A stretch of 63,973 bases of DNA, the filler included, from Pseudovirgaria hyperparasitica (Eukaryota): the NCBI GenBank assembly GCA_010093815.1. It is 5 parts of 5 records of this genome, joined end to end, with 100 filler letters (N's around TTAATTAATTAA, not from the genome) between each part and the next. Parts side by side here need not be neighbours in the genome. Positions count along the whole stretch, not along the records: positions 17,336 to 45,239 come from ML996602.1; 4 more parts are not named here. One strand, 5' to 3'. Below, one piece after another: positions 25,362-37,144 of this stretch. How positions within the stretch are numbered: position 1 is the first letter of the stretch; every line of letters starts with the position of its first letter. Made by a program: the position numbers and the translations under genes. Below the pieces are notes generated by a model. That model had not been told where the DNA came from. It ran no database searches and saw only the letters and a list, made by a program, of their open reading frames with translations.

Positions 25362-25450
25362 ATGCAAGGCTGGAGTTCTGACTCTACCCACTCCCCCTAC
25401 CTGTGGTCTTGCGTACTCGTCCCAATTCGAAGACGCTATCTCAAGATGTA
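25362..25450 (+). repeat. 89-bp segment duplicated at 61945-62033
   Basis: ATGCAAGGCTGGAGTTCTGACTC...CTCAAGATGTA, one mismatch seen. Confidence 0.9.
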
Positions 25451-25689
25451 CACCCCGTGCCAACTAAACCCACACCAAGGCTGTATGAACCTGGCATTCG
25501 GTCTACCAAGTAGAAAACAGGTTCAGGTTCGAACAATAGCCAGACTGGTGCTGTTGATCCTGAGCTGTGTAAAGTACCAATCAATCGACAACCAACACAC
25601 GGGTCGTGCGCATTACATACATGACATACCACCCAATCTCAGCATTGTCTTGTATCTGGGGAACAAAGCTATGACCAACGAGGTCGCGG

Positions 25690-26333
25690 AGAGATGCAGC
25701 TTTTCTCGCTTGGTCTATTGATCGACTGGCGTTCATATCGGCATCCCGTCTTCAGTTCCAGGCGAGAACGAGGATATACTGCTACAGGAGTTTCGTTCGA
25801 TCCAACCTAGGCCATCATTCCTGTCATGGTCGGCCTGAGTAGAAGTATATGTGACCGTGCTAGAAAATGTGTAGTTTCTCGGACACACTAGAGGGATGCG
25901 TATGATTAACAGAGTCAAGTCATAAGCATCTCAGCGATGCGGAGAGGCTGCCCTGCGAAAAGTTACTCTCCCACATCCTGCTTAAAGAACAGTATGAGAT
26001 TTCTCACTAATATATGAGGAATGTCAGCATTACACCACGAGCTTACGACACTCGCATTGAGCATTCTACGGATCATTAAGTTCTCTTGGCATTATTAGAG
26101 ACCCTAGAATGGTTCAGCTAGCCTGGGTCACAAACGCTATGTTGACCTCCTATTCAGATTTTCAGAATGGTTCTATCTGTAACGCCGGAACATTAGTCTT
26201 GACCCCTGATAGACAACCCGGCACGGACAGGCTACTGATCTGATTTGGTCATATACGGGATCAAAATCAAGTCCTCCCGCTCGAGGATGTCCTGGTCTAG
26301 GCGGTACTGATATTGGCGTTGTCGGAACCTAAC
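25690..26333. repeat. Inverted duplication of 42956-43810; this copy has internal deletions
   Basis: ORF-track peptides 25733-25918(-) and 43472-43720(+) are nearly identical; nucleotide match extends to both ends. Confidence 0.9.
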
Positions 26334-27275
26334 ACGCACAACGCGCAGACTATCCTTGCTCAACGGTTCACGCAGCGGCTCGCAGACCCATATCTGAAGA
26401 GCTTCCTGCGCGCCCTCATCACTGCAAGGTATAGTGCAGTATATCAGCGAAATGCCACGCAGCGTTAGGCACGTGGAGCCTGCGCCCTCTCAGTGTGGGA
26501 ACTTCGGTAGAGTAAAGCGTGACAAAGTTGATTGACAGTCCTGTAGTCTGACCAGCTTAATTTAGTCCGTGTTCCCATTCATTGCTCTCACTCCGAGGCA
26601 AGTCTCTAGGCTGGCTGCGATGAAATGTAAGTTATAGAGATGTAGCAGGAGTCCTACATATAACAGACATGGTGACTAGAAAGAGAAACGTTTGATCATA
26701 TACCCGCCAGGTACAGTGATAAGGATGAATTGGAGCTTGTGATGACGCAGTAATAACGGCGAGAAGATAGTAGACCGTATTGAACTGGTACTTGGCTGTT
26801 GCCATCTTCTTTCGAGTACTCGTCCTTTCCACCCAATGCTTGAACACACTTCTGATAACCTTGACTGTCTATAAACGCCAAAAGATCTGGGTTGTCCATA
26901 CTCTAGACTTCCTTGTTATCAAGTTTGAGCCATAAGAGAGTACCGAGTCGCAGATTTGGTAAGGCTTGTCGACAGTGCAAAGGCCAGTCTACTTTGGGGC
27001 AGGACTTCAATATGAAGCCTAGGCAAGTCCACTTCTGAAAATCTTCGCTGGAAAGCGCAGGTGGAAGCCGATGTGGTCTCATGATCAGCCAGCGACTAGT
27101 CACAAACGGTAGGGGCGTCTTTTAAGTCCCGCTTGTGATTATTTGCACCTGTCTAGCGAGGCTGACTTTGTGTTATAAAATCAGGCAGTTCTACTATCTT
27201 TGAGAAGCTCTTGTACCACCCAGGAGCTTATCGCCACCTTCTAGACAACACTTGTACCTACTTACATCCTAAAAC

Positions 27276-27602
27276 ATGACTACAGAGGCACGAATTCTTG
27301 AAGCAGCACGCCGTCTCAATGAGGTGACGTTCAAAACAACCCACTCACCACAAAGGGGAGTAAGTGAATTAGCAGCAGGGTTCTCGCCCTCCGAGACTCT
27401 CAGTTTAGAGTCTCTAATATGCAATATACGCGACAGAGATACTCGCAGCTCACAGGACAAGATCTGGATTCTTGAAAGCGCCAAGGAGATTGTACGGCAA
27501 TTGGAGAGCCCAGACGAGCGAGCAATGGAACTTCTCATGTCATTCTCCATCGTACCAGAGCCGTCAGCCCTTACTAAGCTATCGGAAAAATTACATCACT
27601 AA
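27276..27602 (+). pseudogene. Gene fragment, possibly the N-terminus of an O-methyltransferase
   Basis: ILESAKEIVRQLESPDE resembles the N-terminal helix of fungal OMTs; no catalytic domain follows. Confidence 0.25.
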
Positions 27603-27771
27603 GATTTCGTCAGACTAGGGAGCGGCACTATTGCCAAATTATGTCTGTTGATTGGCTCCATCGTCCATGAAGGAATGATTGAGCTAGTTGGTTCGTGATA
27701 TCTTGGTAGCCGGAAACACTGTCAGGGAGATTTCCAAAGAAGAATGGACTTCTAGCCGATACAAGGATATG

Positions 27772-28610
27772 CTAAACTTCATCCTGCCTTCTAGATATGT
27801 GTTTTGACCCCGCACTTGAACTTGTCCTCCATTGAAGAATTGGGAAGACTAGTGTTGCTGGCAGTATAGATAGTGCTCGAAGAACCGTACGAATGGAGCT
27901 CGCATTACTTGAGAACCAAATAAGGATCAAGAGCGAGTCTCTCTGGTGCTGACTGAGCATCAGTAGGGATGCGAGGACAACAATGACGTTTGCATAGACA
28001 AGTTCCAGCAGTGTGCCATAAATGATACACATCATACCCATCTCTGCTGTCACAGTGCAGATGAAGGAAAATGCACCCTCCGAAGGCATTTCTACCTTGC
28101 TAAGAACCATAAGCAGAGTGTGATATGGTCCACAGACGTACTAACTAGGCACATAGCGTGATAAGGACTAAAAGCCGGCTGCTTGCGACAGCATATGGTA
28201 GGATACGAGGAATGGATAGCTGTCCTTTGTTGCCGTTGGTGGTAAGAGACTATGCCTATGTTAGCTTTGTCGCCACTTGTCTGCGCATAGAGCTTTACCT
28301 GTCTCAAGGTACTGACGGTGAGGTGTGCTAGGCTCAGGTACCATATCATCTGAGAGTACTCAGGCTCATCAAGTATAAGATAGCTAAAAAGTGTGCTGAG
28401 CCCGCTGCAGGTCATGCAGATAGCTGCAAGTGACATATTGAGCATTGGCTGCACGATTTTCAGCTGACTGGTCGCTGCGTGTCGGAATCGAAGGATGAGA
28501 GCCATTCCACACTGGATAAGCAGTAAGAGAAATAGAGAAGAATATACCACGCAATCGAACACAGAACATAGAAAGAGCGGGCCGAACAGTATTGAGACAT
28601 CTTGCGGCAT
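27772..28610 (-). CDS. Multi-pass membrane protein, probably spliced (DUF6534-like start)
   Basis: ILFGPLFLCSVFDCVVYS followed by several hydrophobic segments in two ORF pieces; exon structure not resolved. Confidence 0.35.
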
Positions 28611-28710
28611 GTTAGAACATTCTACAGGGAGTTGTCGGTGTTGCTTCTATCAATCTTATAAGGAAGAGTAACGTTGGGCTGTACATATCTATACTATTTT
28701 TAGAGCGGGC

Positions 28711-29240
28711 GTGGATTTGTCGCTTGCCTAGAACCTGACTCTCTTGGCATTTTTATTTTCACGCATGTGTTCACACACCCAATCTTTAATAGTCATTTTA
28801 CCTCTCTACCTCTATATAGAGATCTATATATTATAATATCTATATAGACTTAAAGAGTAGAGTAAGGCGATTATTTCTATATTATTTTTAAGCTCTAAAC
28901 TCTTTAATATAGTCTATAATAAGAGGGTTTAGTTTCTTAGAGAAGAGGAAGAAGGTAGTTTTCCTAGAACCTGACTTAGTTTTCGCACGGGCCCTCTTCT
29001 AAGAACTTCTAAGAATATTTAAAAACTCTTCTCTATCTATTTAAAGAGACTTTAATAGAATAAAATAAACTTATAGATAGATTAAAATATTTATATTTAT
29101 CTATTATATCTACTTTTAATACTCCTATATACTTAGGTTTAGGTATTAAAGTAGAAAAAGCTCCACTTACGAATATTGGGGTGAGAACACGAGTGCACGA
29201 GTGCCAAGAGAGTCATGTTCTAGGCAAACGACAAATCCAC
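28711..29240. mobile_element. MITE-like element, type B (530 bp)
   Basis: TIRs GTGGATTTGTCGCTTGCCTAGAACCTGACTCTCTTGGCA / TGCCAAGAGAGTCATGTTCTAGGCAAACGACAAATCCAC (2 mismatches in 39); AT-rich interior; no clear TSD. Confidence 0.8.
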
Positions 29241-29428
29241 TGCGCAGAGCGGGGCGGGGGGCGAAGCAGTACCTTACAGGCCGGTATTAGGACCGCAGTC
29301 GATATATTTAGACGTCCCCTTGGACTAAAAAGCGAACGCTGCCCACTTCGAGCCGGGTAATAGATGCAAACATGGCCCTGAAAGACGTGAAGAACCCCAA
29401 AAAGCAGCTAAGAAGGAGACTTCATGGC

Positions 29429-31183
29429 CTGCCTCGTTAACGCAAATCTACTACTAAATTGATAGAGGCAGCTGCGGCGAGGGTAATGGCGAAGAAGCAG
29501 GCTCGTAAACGTACTGCGGCGTCAAAAAATCCACGGATTGTCGACATTTCTGCGCCTCCTGAGGCTACACCTCCTCCTCCTCCTCCTCCTCGTCGTCCCT
29601 CTACTCCTCCTCCTTCTACTCCTCCTACTACTCTTTCCTTATCTCCTCCTGCGAATCCCGTAAATAGCGGTTAGAATAAGGTTATAGAGGTTGAGGAGGA
29701 GGACGTGGAGGAGACGTATAAGATACACGTGTCCTAGAGATTACGTGTTAATAGGAAGAACGAGGTGGCGGATAAACTTACTACTATTCCGCGATGTGCT
29801 TTTGAACGCGAGGTGTACGAGGGTACTATTAATAAGGCAATTAGTACGAAGCTTAATATAGATGACTAGGCCTTCGAGACTCGTTAGGTCATGTGTAGTC
29901 TTGGTATAAGGAAGAAGTAGAGGAGGACACTTGCTATCAACGACTGGTCGATTATTAGCTGGGAGAGACTCTATATAGTTATAGATGAGATCCACTCACT
30001 CGCTAGTACCAAGGATGAGGTTATTATAGTTACCTTTGAGGATAGCGTGAAGTGCGAGTCGTGGGCTAAGAAACCTTAGCTACCTTAGTAACATATTCGT
30101 TATCGCGACTCTCCTACGCTATCACTAAATATAGGGCTTCGAAGTTCGCCGAATATAGAGAATCTCTAAGGGCGTGCCCGAGTAATATATAATAAGGCTT
30201 AGTAGAGGAAGGACGCTGGTCTAAAACGGATTAAGATAATTAGCTTGATAGAGGCAACCTATCGCTGTATAGACGTCGGTTGTAGTAACGAGCGAGGCCA
30301 CTGTTTTATCGTCCTATCCTTATTAGGACGTCTTCATTATAAGATCGAACGCGCGTCGATAGAGCCGTGGGTACACGCTATTGCTGTCGGTATTGCTGGC
30401 GCCTCCGTTAAAGATCCTCCAGTGGGTGTAATGAAGTAACTCGTATCCAAGCCCTATGAGAGAAAATTAGTAAAGAAGCCAGGTAATAATGGGCAAGTCG
30501 ATATTACTGCCCTCGTAGTAGAGTATGAAGCCAAGAAGCTAAAAGCAGCCCTCGATGATATAGATCGTCGTGAATAGGACAAAATTGATAAGGCTAAGGA
30601 ATAAGCTGAGCGTCGACGATGCGACTAGTAGATGAGGTAGACTTAGCTTCATTAGGCTGGATTTAATCCTATATTTGGAGCACGTGTGCCTCTGTATCCG
30701 ACGGCTATACCACCGCCATATACGTTACCATTACTAACTCGTGAGGTTGATAGTTAACGCCCTCGTGAGGTTAATAGTTAACGCCCTCGTGAGGTTGATA
30801 GTTAACGCCCTCGTCTATTAACACCACTAGATTCGATAAATCCCGCCCCGTATAGTAGTCCTACTTAGCTAGAACTCCACTAGGCTGACGTCGTTTAATT
30901 AGTACTTGAATAGCGACTAGCGAAGGAGACTCATACTAGGACGAAGGACGGAATCAGGTTACTCCGCGAGTACGCCGTTGAAAACTGTTGTTAGTATAGA
31001 TAAGTCGAAGAGATTGCTCGTCCTGGGACCGCTTATTATAAGGCGGCGAAGTCGTATAGCGTCCTATTGAGCATCATCCTAGATGCTCGTCGCTATCTTC
31101 ATGAGTATAAGGGTAGTCTCAAGGCGATAGAATAGGAGGAAGCAGCGAGGGCACTCCATGGGCTTGCCTCTAGTACTATCTAA
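29429..31183 (+). pseudogene. RIP-stopped accessory ORF (~585 codons) convergent on the IS630/Tc1 transposases
   Basis: One frame without frameshift: basic N-terminus, poly-Pro, motif YRCIDVGCSNERGHCF..HY..W..AI..G.A...PP, coiled region, 3x24-bp repeat (30738-30813). Internal stops are TAG/TAA. Confidence 0.65.
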
Positions 31184-31291
31184 GTTATTTAAGTAGAGAT
31201 GTCGCGGTTTTCCTATAGTACACGTATATATATAATCAATATTATCCACTGTATTACCCTATTTAGCCATATACGCGAGGGCGACGTGACG

Positions 31292-32401
31292 TCAGTCAGT
31301 GAATATTATCGCAAAAAGTCGACTAATATACCCAACTTCATCTGCAAAACCTCTCTTCCTACTACGTCTAAATTGCTTTAGATTATGAATAATACGTTCC
31401 CGTAGCGTTTCATTAATATACTAACTATTAGTAGTATACGCGAAGAAGCGGAGAGCGAATTGATCGCAGTAGCTATCTATAAAGGCGCGGTATAAGAACT
31501 CCTCGAAGTTGACTGACTGCTCATATACGTATAGGTACCACCTTCGAATCCACGCCTTTAGTACCGCCCATACCATCTTAATAGGGTTGTAATTAGGCGA
31601 ATAAGGCGGTGTATATCGAAGTGTATGGCCAGCTATAGTAACCATAGGAGCGACGTCGTCGTTAGTATGAAGAGAGAGATTATCCATCACGATAACCATC
31701 GCCTGATTAGGGTACTTTTCTTATAGGCTAGGGAATAGGTATACCTCTAGCCAGTCGATAAACTCTTCCTTATTAAAGTAACCCTTCTTAACTCTATAGG
31801 TAACGAATCCATTAATAGAGATAGCGCTATACGCGCTGTACGTCTGGCCACGATTGATGCGAGTAGATTGCGTAGGTGTCTCCCCACGAGGTGCCCTACC
31901 TCGCCTTCTCCACCCTATTTTCTCGTTAAAGATAACCTTATTAATAAATATAAGGCGCTTAGTAGGTAACTATGTAATATCCTTACGATAGGAGCGACGT
32001 GCAACCTTAGAGCGGTCGGAGCTAATACGCTTCAATAGCCGCCGAGTCCATCCTCGCTTTATCAACTACTTCGAGATAGTAGATGGTAAGGTTACTATCT
32101 TAAGCTCTTCATATAGCCACTTAGCCATCTTATTAAGGTATAGCCATCCCTCCTCAAGTAGGTATTCGAATAGTAGGCCTATTATACGATCGCTAAGGAT
32201 AGTCTCACGACCACGCGTCTTTGTAGATCGAGGCTTATTCCGCTAACCATAGGTATCTAGATTATACCTCACGCGCTGGACTGTCGATATAGATACTTGA
32301 AACTTCTCTACGGTAATAGTAGTTGGCACGTCGTGCTCGAGGAGGAAGTTAATTCGACGATAGGTACTCGCGTCGTACACCCTACTAGGTAGACCCACTA
32401 T
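31292..32401 (-). pseudogene. IS630/Tc1-like DDE transposase 1 (~370 codons, RIP stops)
   Basis: N-terminal HTH; FINKVIFNEK (RIP of FIDE); VIVMDNLSLH; YTPPYSPNYNPIK. Confidence 0.85.
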
Positions 32402-32785
32402 CTATACACGCGACTGTAAGCCTAAAACACTAGAAATATATAAAATAAGGGCTATACTAACTCCTAGATAGCCTTATAAATCTACCGAATACGTATATAC
32501 GGTAATTACGACGCGTGGGCGACGAGTATGCGATAAAATGCTAAAATATGTCCGTCTCACGTAAATTTGGGTGGGGGAGACATGGATCCTCGCTCCAGGC
32601 GTTCACTATAACTAGCACACCTAATATTTAGATAGGGATAGTATAGCGTTTCTCAGAGTGTATTTAGGAGTATATATTTATATATTATAACCATATACTC
32701 CTCGAATAGTACCTAAAACAGACATATACAGAGTATTACTAGCTAGCTAAGCGACTTACTCGTCGCCGACTCGCCGACGAGTGAG

Positions 32786-33886
32786 TTACGCGACGAGTTC
32801 GTAAAAAAGTCTCCCAATCTCCTCAACTTCAGTAACCTCTCTACCACCTCTACCTTGTCCAAACCTATCCAAATCAGCTACTACCCTCTGCCGGAGCGTC
32901 TTGTCGATATAAAACCCATCTACGGCATGTTTAAAGAAGCGTATAGCCCACTGATCGGCGTGGCTGTATGTAAATGCGATGTAGAGGAAGTCCTTAAAAG
33001 TTCGAGATTATTAACGTGTCCAGGTATACCACCTACGAATCCACGCCTTTATTACCGCCCATACAAGCTCGATAGGGTTGAAGTCAGGTGAGTACGGTGG
33101 CGTATACCGTACAATATGGCCAGCGCTAAGTATGAGTGGTTCAATCTATTGGTTCGTATGAAGTGCGAGATTATCCACGATGATTGTCATCGCACGCCCG
33201 GGGTATTTTACCTCAAGGGCAGGCAGTAGGTATATCTATAACCAGGTATAGAACTCTTCCGTCGAGAAATAACCTTCCTTTATCTAATAGCAGACAAAAC
33301 CATTAACTATAATAGCACCACAGGCGCTATACGTAGGTCCTCGATTAAGAGTACCAAACTTAGTCGGAGTCTGTCCTTTTGGTGCTCTAGCTCGACGCCT
33401 CCATCCAATTTTCTTATTAAATATAACCTCATCCAAGAACACGTACGAGTCTGCTAGTAGCTCCGCTATATCCTTAAGGTATGAAGCGCGTGCCGTCTCT
33501 AAGCGCGCACTACTAATACGTTTCAATAGCTTACGATCCCAGCCTCGCTCAGACAACTCTTTAGATAGAAGCTGCTTGGATATAGTAAGATTAAACTCTT
33601 CGTATACCCATCTAGCCATCTCATCAAGGTATAGCTAGCCCTCGCGAAGTAGTCTCTCGAGTAGTTATCGCATCATATAATCGCTCAGTCGACGAGGTGG
33701 ACCACGACGCGACAACCTTGGTTTATTCCTCTATCCATACGTGTCGAGGTTGAACCTCGTCCTATATACCGTATTCTTACTAACTTTAGTAAGAGCAACG
33801 ATCTCATTAATGGGTATATTATATTATAGGAGGAAGTCAATTCGTCCGTATACGGAAGGAGGATAAACAACGCCTCGGGGCACTAT
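32786..33886 (-). pseudogene. IS630/Tc1-like DDE transposase 2 (~367 codons), diverged paralogue of transposase 1
   Basis: VFLDEVIFNKK; IIVDNLALH; YTPPYSPDFNPIELVWAVIKAWIRR; stem-loop overlapping the stop at 32751-32791. Confidence 0.85.
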
Positions 33887-34050
33887 ATACACACGCGTCA
33901 GTAAGTTAAAAACACCAAGTATTGTCTATACTAACTCTTATATACTATATTATATAGTTACAGACTCTACACGAGCGTGGTGCGGCGACAATGTCGTAAA
34001 ATGTCAATTACATACAAAAACGCGTGTTGGTGACATAGCGCAGCATTGGG

Positions 34051-34140
34051 CGCCAAGCTTTCCCATGCAACTATGGATATACGGATAGCGCAACATGCGA
34101 GTGCCAAGCTCGTCAGGTTCAAGGAAAACGACGGATCAGA
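34051..34140. repeat. Two tandem right-end TIR-like sequences (type A ending 34086, type B ending ~34140)
   Basis: GCCAAGCTTTCCCATGCAACTATGGATATACGGAT resembles the MITE A TIR; GAGTGCCAAGCTCGTCAGGTTCAAGGAAAACGACGGATC resembles the MITE B TIR. Confidence 0.65.
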
Positions 34141-34201
34141 AGCGTTACAATCTAGCATTACCGGATCCTACGCACACTGCCACCAGTTATCTCAACCCGC
34201 T

Positions 34202-34707
34202 ATCCGTTTATCCATAGTTACATGAGAAAGCTTGGCAACCGGTGCACACATGTCTCGCGCGCACACGAACCATAGTAAAACGACATTTTTACCTCTTACC
34301 GCCGTATTATCCCTTTATAATATATAAAACTATAATATATAATAGAAGAAAGCTGGTATAACTAATACATAGTACTAAAGATCTTTAATATTCTCTCTCT
34401 ATCCTTCTAGAGCGCCTTTAAAATATAGGAGTATATAGCTAGCTAGACCTAAGTATCTCTCTATAGAATCTACTCTCTTTACTCTTTTTCTATAGTTTTA
34501 GAGGTATTATAGATAGTATAAAGTAATAAAAAGAGTATAGATATATTGTTAGGGTTATATAAAATTAGTATATAGTAGTATTTATAATTATAGAGGGATA
34601 ATTCAGCGGTAATAGGTAAAAACATCGTATATACTACGGTTCGTGTGCGCGCGCGACATGTGTGCACCGACTGCCAAGCTTTCTCATGTAACTATGGACA
34701 AACGGAT
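34202..34707. mobile_element. MITE-like element, type A, copy 1 (506 bp)
   Basis: TIR of ~90 bp starting ATCCGTTTRTCCATAGTTACATGAGAAAGCTTGGCA; AT-rich interior; no TSD seen. Confidence 0.88.
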
Positions 34708-34772
34708 TGCCAGTCTAGGCTTTGTAGTTATGTCGACTTTGTCTTCTTCCAGAACAACCTCTAATAGTCCAT

Positions 34773-35178
34773 CTCCATCTAGCCAGGTGAAATCAAAGAC
34801 ATTTGGCTTCTAGAGTCATAATACAGCCTCGGCTTCGGATCTCTTTAGCCTCACCCGCTTCCCTCGGACAGCGTTACCGCTTGGCAACATCGCAGGAAAT
34901 GATTTTCGCATCATTAATCATCTCGTTGAACAGTACAAGCTCCTCGTCCCGGGAACACCAGTGCTCTACTAAAGCCAACGAGTTTTCCATCCAGGTAATC
35001 CCTTGCATATATTTCCTCAGTCCGTGGCACGTAAAGGCTCAATCATTCCTTCATCGTTTATGGAGCCAATCCACGGACATAGCCGGTAGTACCCTCACGC
35101 TCAGCTCTCTCATCGGTAGTAAGATCTGCGACCGCCCGGTCTACACGAACAAACATTACCACAATAAGCAGTGAGGTA
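34773..35178 (-). repeat. Inverted copy of the MFS gene 3' end and downstream DNA (40298-40600)
   Basis: Near-identical peptides in the ORF track (TSLLI.VMFVRVD.AVADLTTDERAEREGTTGYVRGLAP); this copy keeps ~105 bp absent near 40441. Confidence 0.9.
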
Positions 35179-35875
35179 TAAGAAGTCCACCAAGAGAACA
35201 GGGGGCGGAGCATCAAGAATTGCTGGAAAGACTTCGAATAAAGCTGCGCCAAAGAATTGCCGGAAGGCTAATGAAGGTTGCTTTGAGGCTGTTAAGGACG
35301 CTGCCAAGAAAAAGGGCAAGGATGAAGATGAGTCAACAGCACGTAATGAGAAGTTCAGTACAGTGGACCGACTGCTGTTGGAACTGACTGAGGCTTTGAC
35401 GGAGTTGAAGCCTTAATCATTCGATTCAAATTATTGCGACAGGCATTCATGCTGAGCATCTGTTTAGGCTACTGTAGAGTGAGAGTTCTAAATCAGTATG
35501 GGAAGCTCAAACAAGTGTGGAACGCCCACGTCACTAATTACATTTATAGTCCATAGATAGCTCTGATAATATATAGTCAAAAAAGCTAGCCATGTCATGC
35601 CAAGTTTGGTCCTCTGTCTTGTTTTGTTTGTGTTTAAAAAATCTTGGAGCCATACTCCTGTGGTCACGATCGTAACTTTGCATCGTTGGGCCCTGATTCC
35701 CCCAGACATTATTGAAAGTCACATGGAATAGAAATGACGTGTTTTGACTTGCTGTAACACAGATTAATATAGCTCTTCCCTCCTTGGCATGACTATCTCT
35801 ATCTTTTACATGAAGGTGTCATCTGCCTCTCGACTTAGCGACTGCGCACGAACATTCGACCTCAATGTAGAGCAG

Positions 35876-36400
35876 TCAGATGTATCCGACTTGCCATTCC
35901 GATCGTGCTGTCTCAAGGGATTGTCCTGCCGCGTTGGAGCGTAGTATGCCTTGCTGATAACGGAACTGATCCTCGACGTGCTTGGCGCTCCAGAAGTCGT
36001 GCAGCAAGTACCCCTGCGTGTGCAGATTGCCTGGGTCCGTCCTTCGGTCTTTCCAGCGAACCCGATACAATAGGTTATTCTGTATCTCTATATGTCTTGG
36101 CTTCTTCCATGGGAAGCCATCTCTAAGACGCAGCTGGTGAATCAAGGGCAAAACGCGACTAAGCTCCTTGCCACGCAGTATTCTCTGCTTGAATCGAACT
36201 CGATACGCTCTGCCATCATAGCTTAGTATCTCTGCCGGTTCGTTCCAAGCTCTATTGTATGGTTCACGTGTGGTACTAGATCTGTGAGTTGTAAGTGTGA
36301 ATCAACAGAACATACCGAACGACTTACGGGGCCTCTTCACTGCATGCTTCAGAGCTCGACCAGGACATACGACTGGTACTAATCTGACTTGTGTACATTA
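35876..36400 (-). pseudogene. Small gene relic with a chromodomain-like motif
   Basis: EILSYDGRAYRVRFK...LLYRVRWKD...PGNL...LLHDFW; GTATGT intron donor near 36315; one upstream in-frame stop in the best model. Confidence 0.3.
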
Positions 36401-37144
36401 TGGGACTTCTGTGTCTTTGCACAGGTGTAGTTGATGCTAGATGCTATTGTGTCTATTTCATTTATTCTTAACATGCCTGAGGGGTGAAGCTTATAAATTA
36501 AAGCATGCTACCAACGACTAAGCCGCTACGGAATTGACGCTGCCAAGAACCTACTGAGCCTCCTACCACAGTACGTGGGCACGCAGAGAGCTTCCTGTGC
36601 GCCCTCATCACTGCAGTTTAACAGGTGAATGGCACACAGCGTTGGGCCTGCGCCCTTTCAACGTGGGAACTTCGCCGGAAAGAGCAGGTGGAAGCCGATG
36701 TGGTTTCATGATCAGCTGGCGACTAGTCACCAGGACAGAATCTCTCACGGCTCAGTTTCAATCGTAACGATATTAGCGCTGAATAGTGTAGTGGCTCAGT
36801 AAATTCTGACGGCGCAGTAAGGTGTGACGGCTCAGTAAAGTTTGCGGCTCAGTAAAGCCTTAGTGACTGAGCATACATTACCGTAAGTCACTTGGTATGA
36901 GCTCTTTACCTGGGGTATACTTCGCAACTTGGTACTTTATGCGAAATAGCCCTACCTGACTCGTAACCATGGGCCAAAAATTGGTCAATGGAAAGTTCCG
37001 CAAGGCTAAAGACAATTTTCTTCGGAAAGGCGTGCTTTTCAAGAGGAATTATGGCGCAGATATCTTCATCGTCATAAGGACGGTGTCTCTTGGCTGACTG
37101 ATCTGAAGATGCTAGTAAGATGAAGGCGCCGATCATCTGGGAGA

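Noticed and set aside
29429..31183. Fanzor/TnpB-like nuclease beside the IS630 transposases
   Set aside because: No RuvC D-E-D motifs or CxxC zinc ribbon recognisable in the restored frame.
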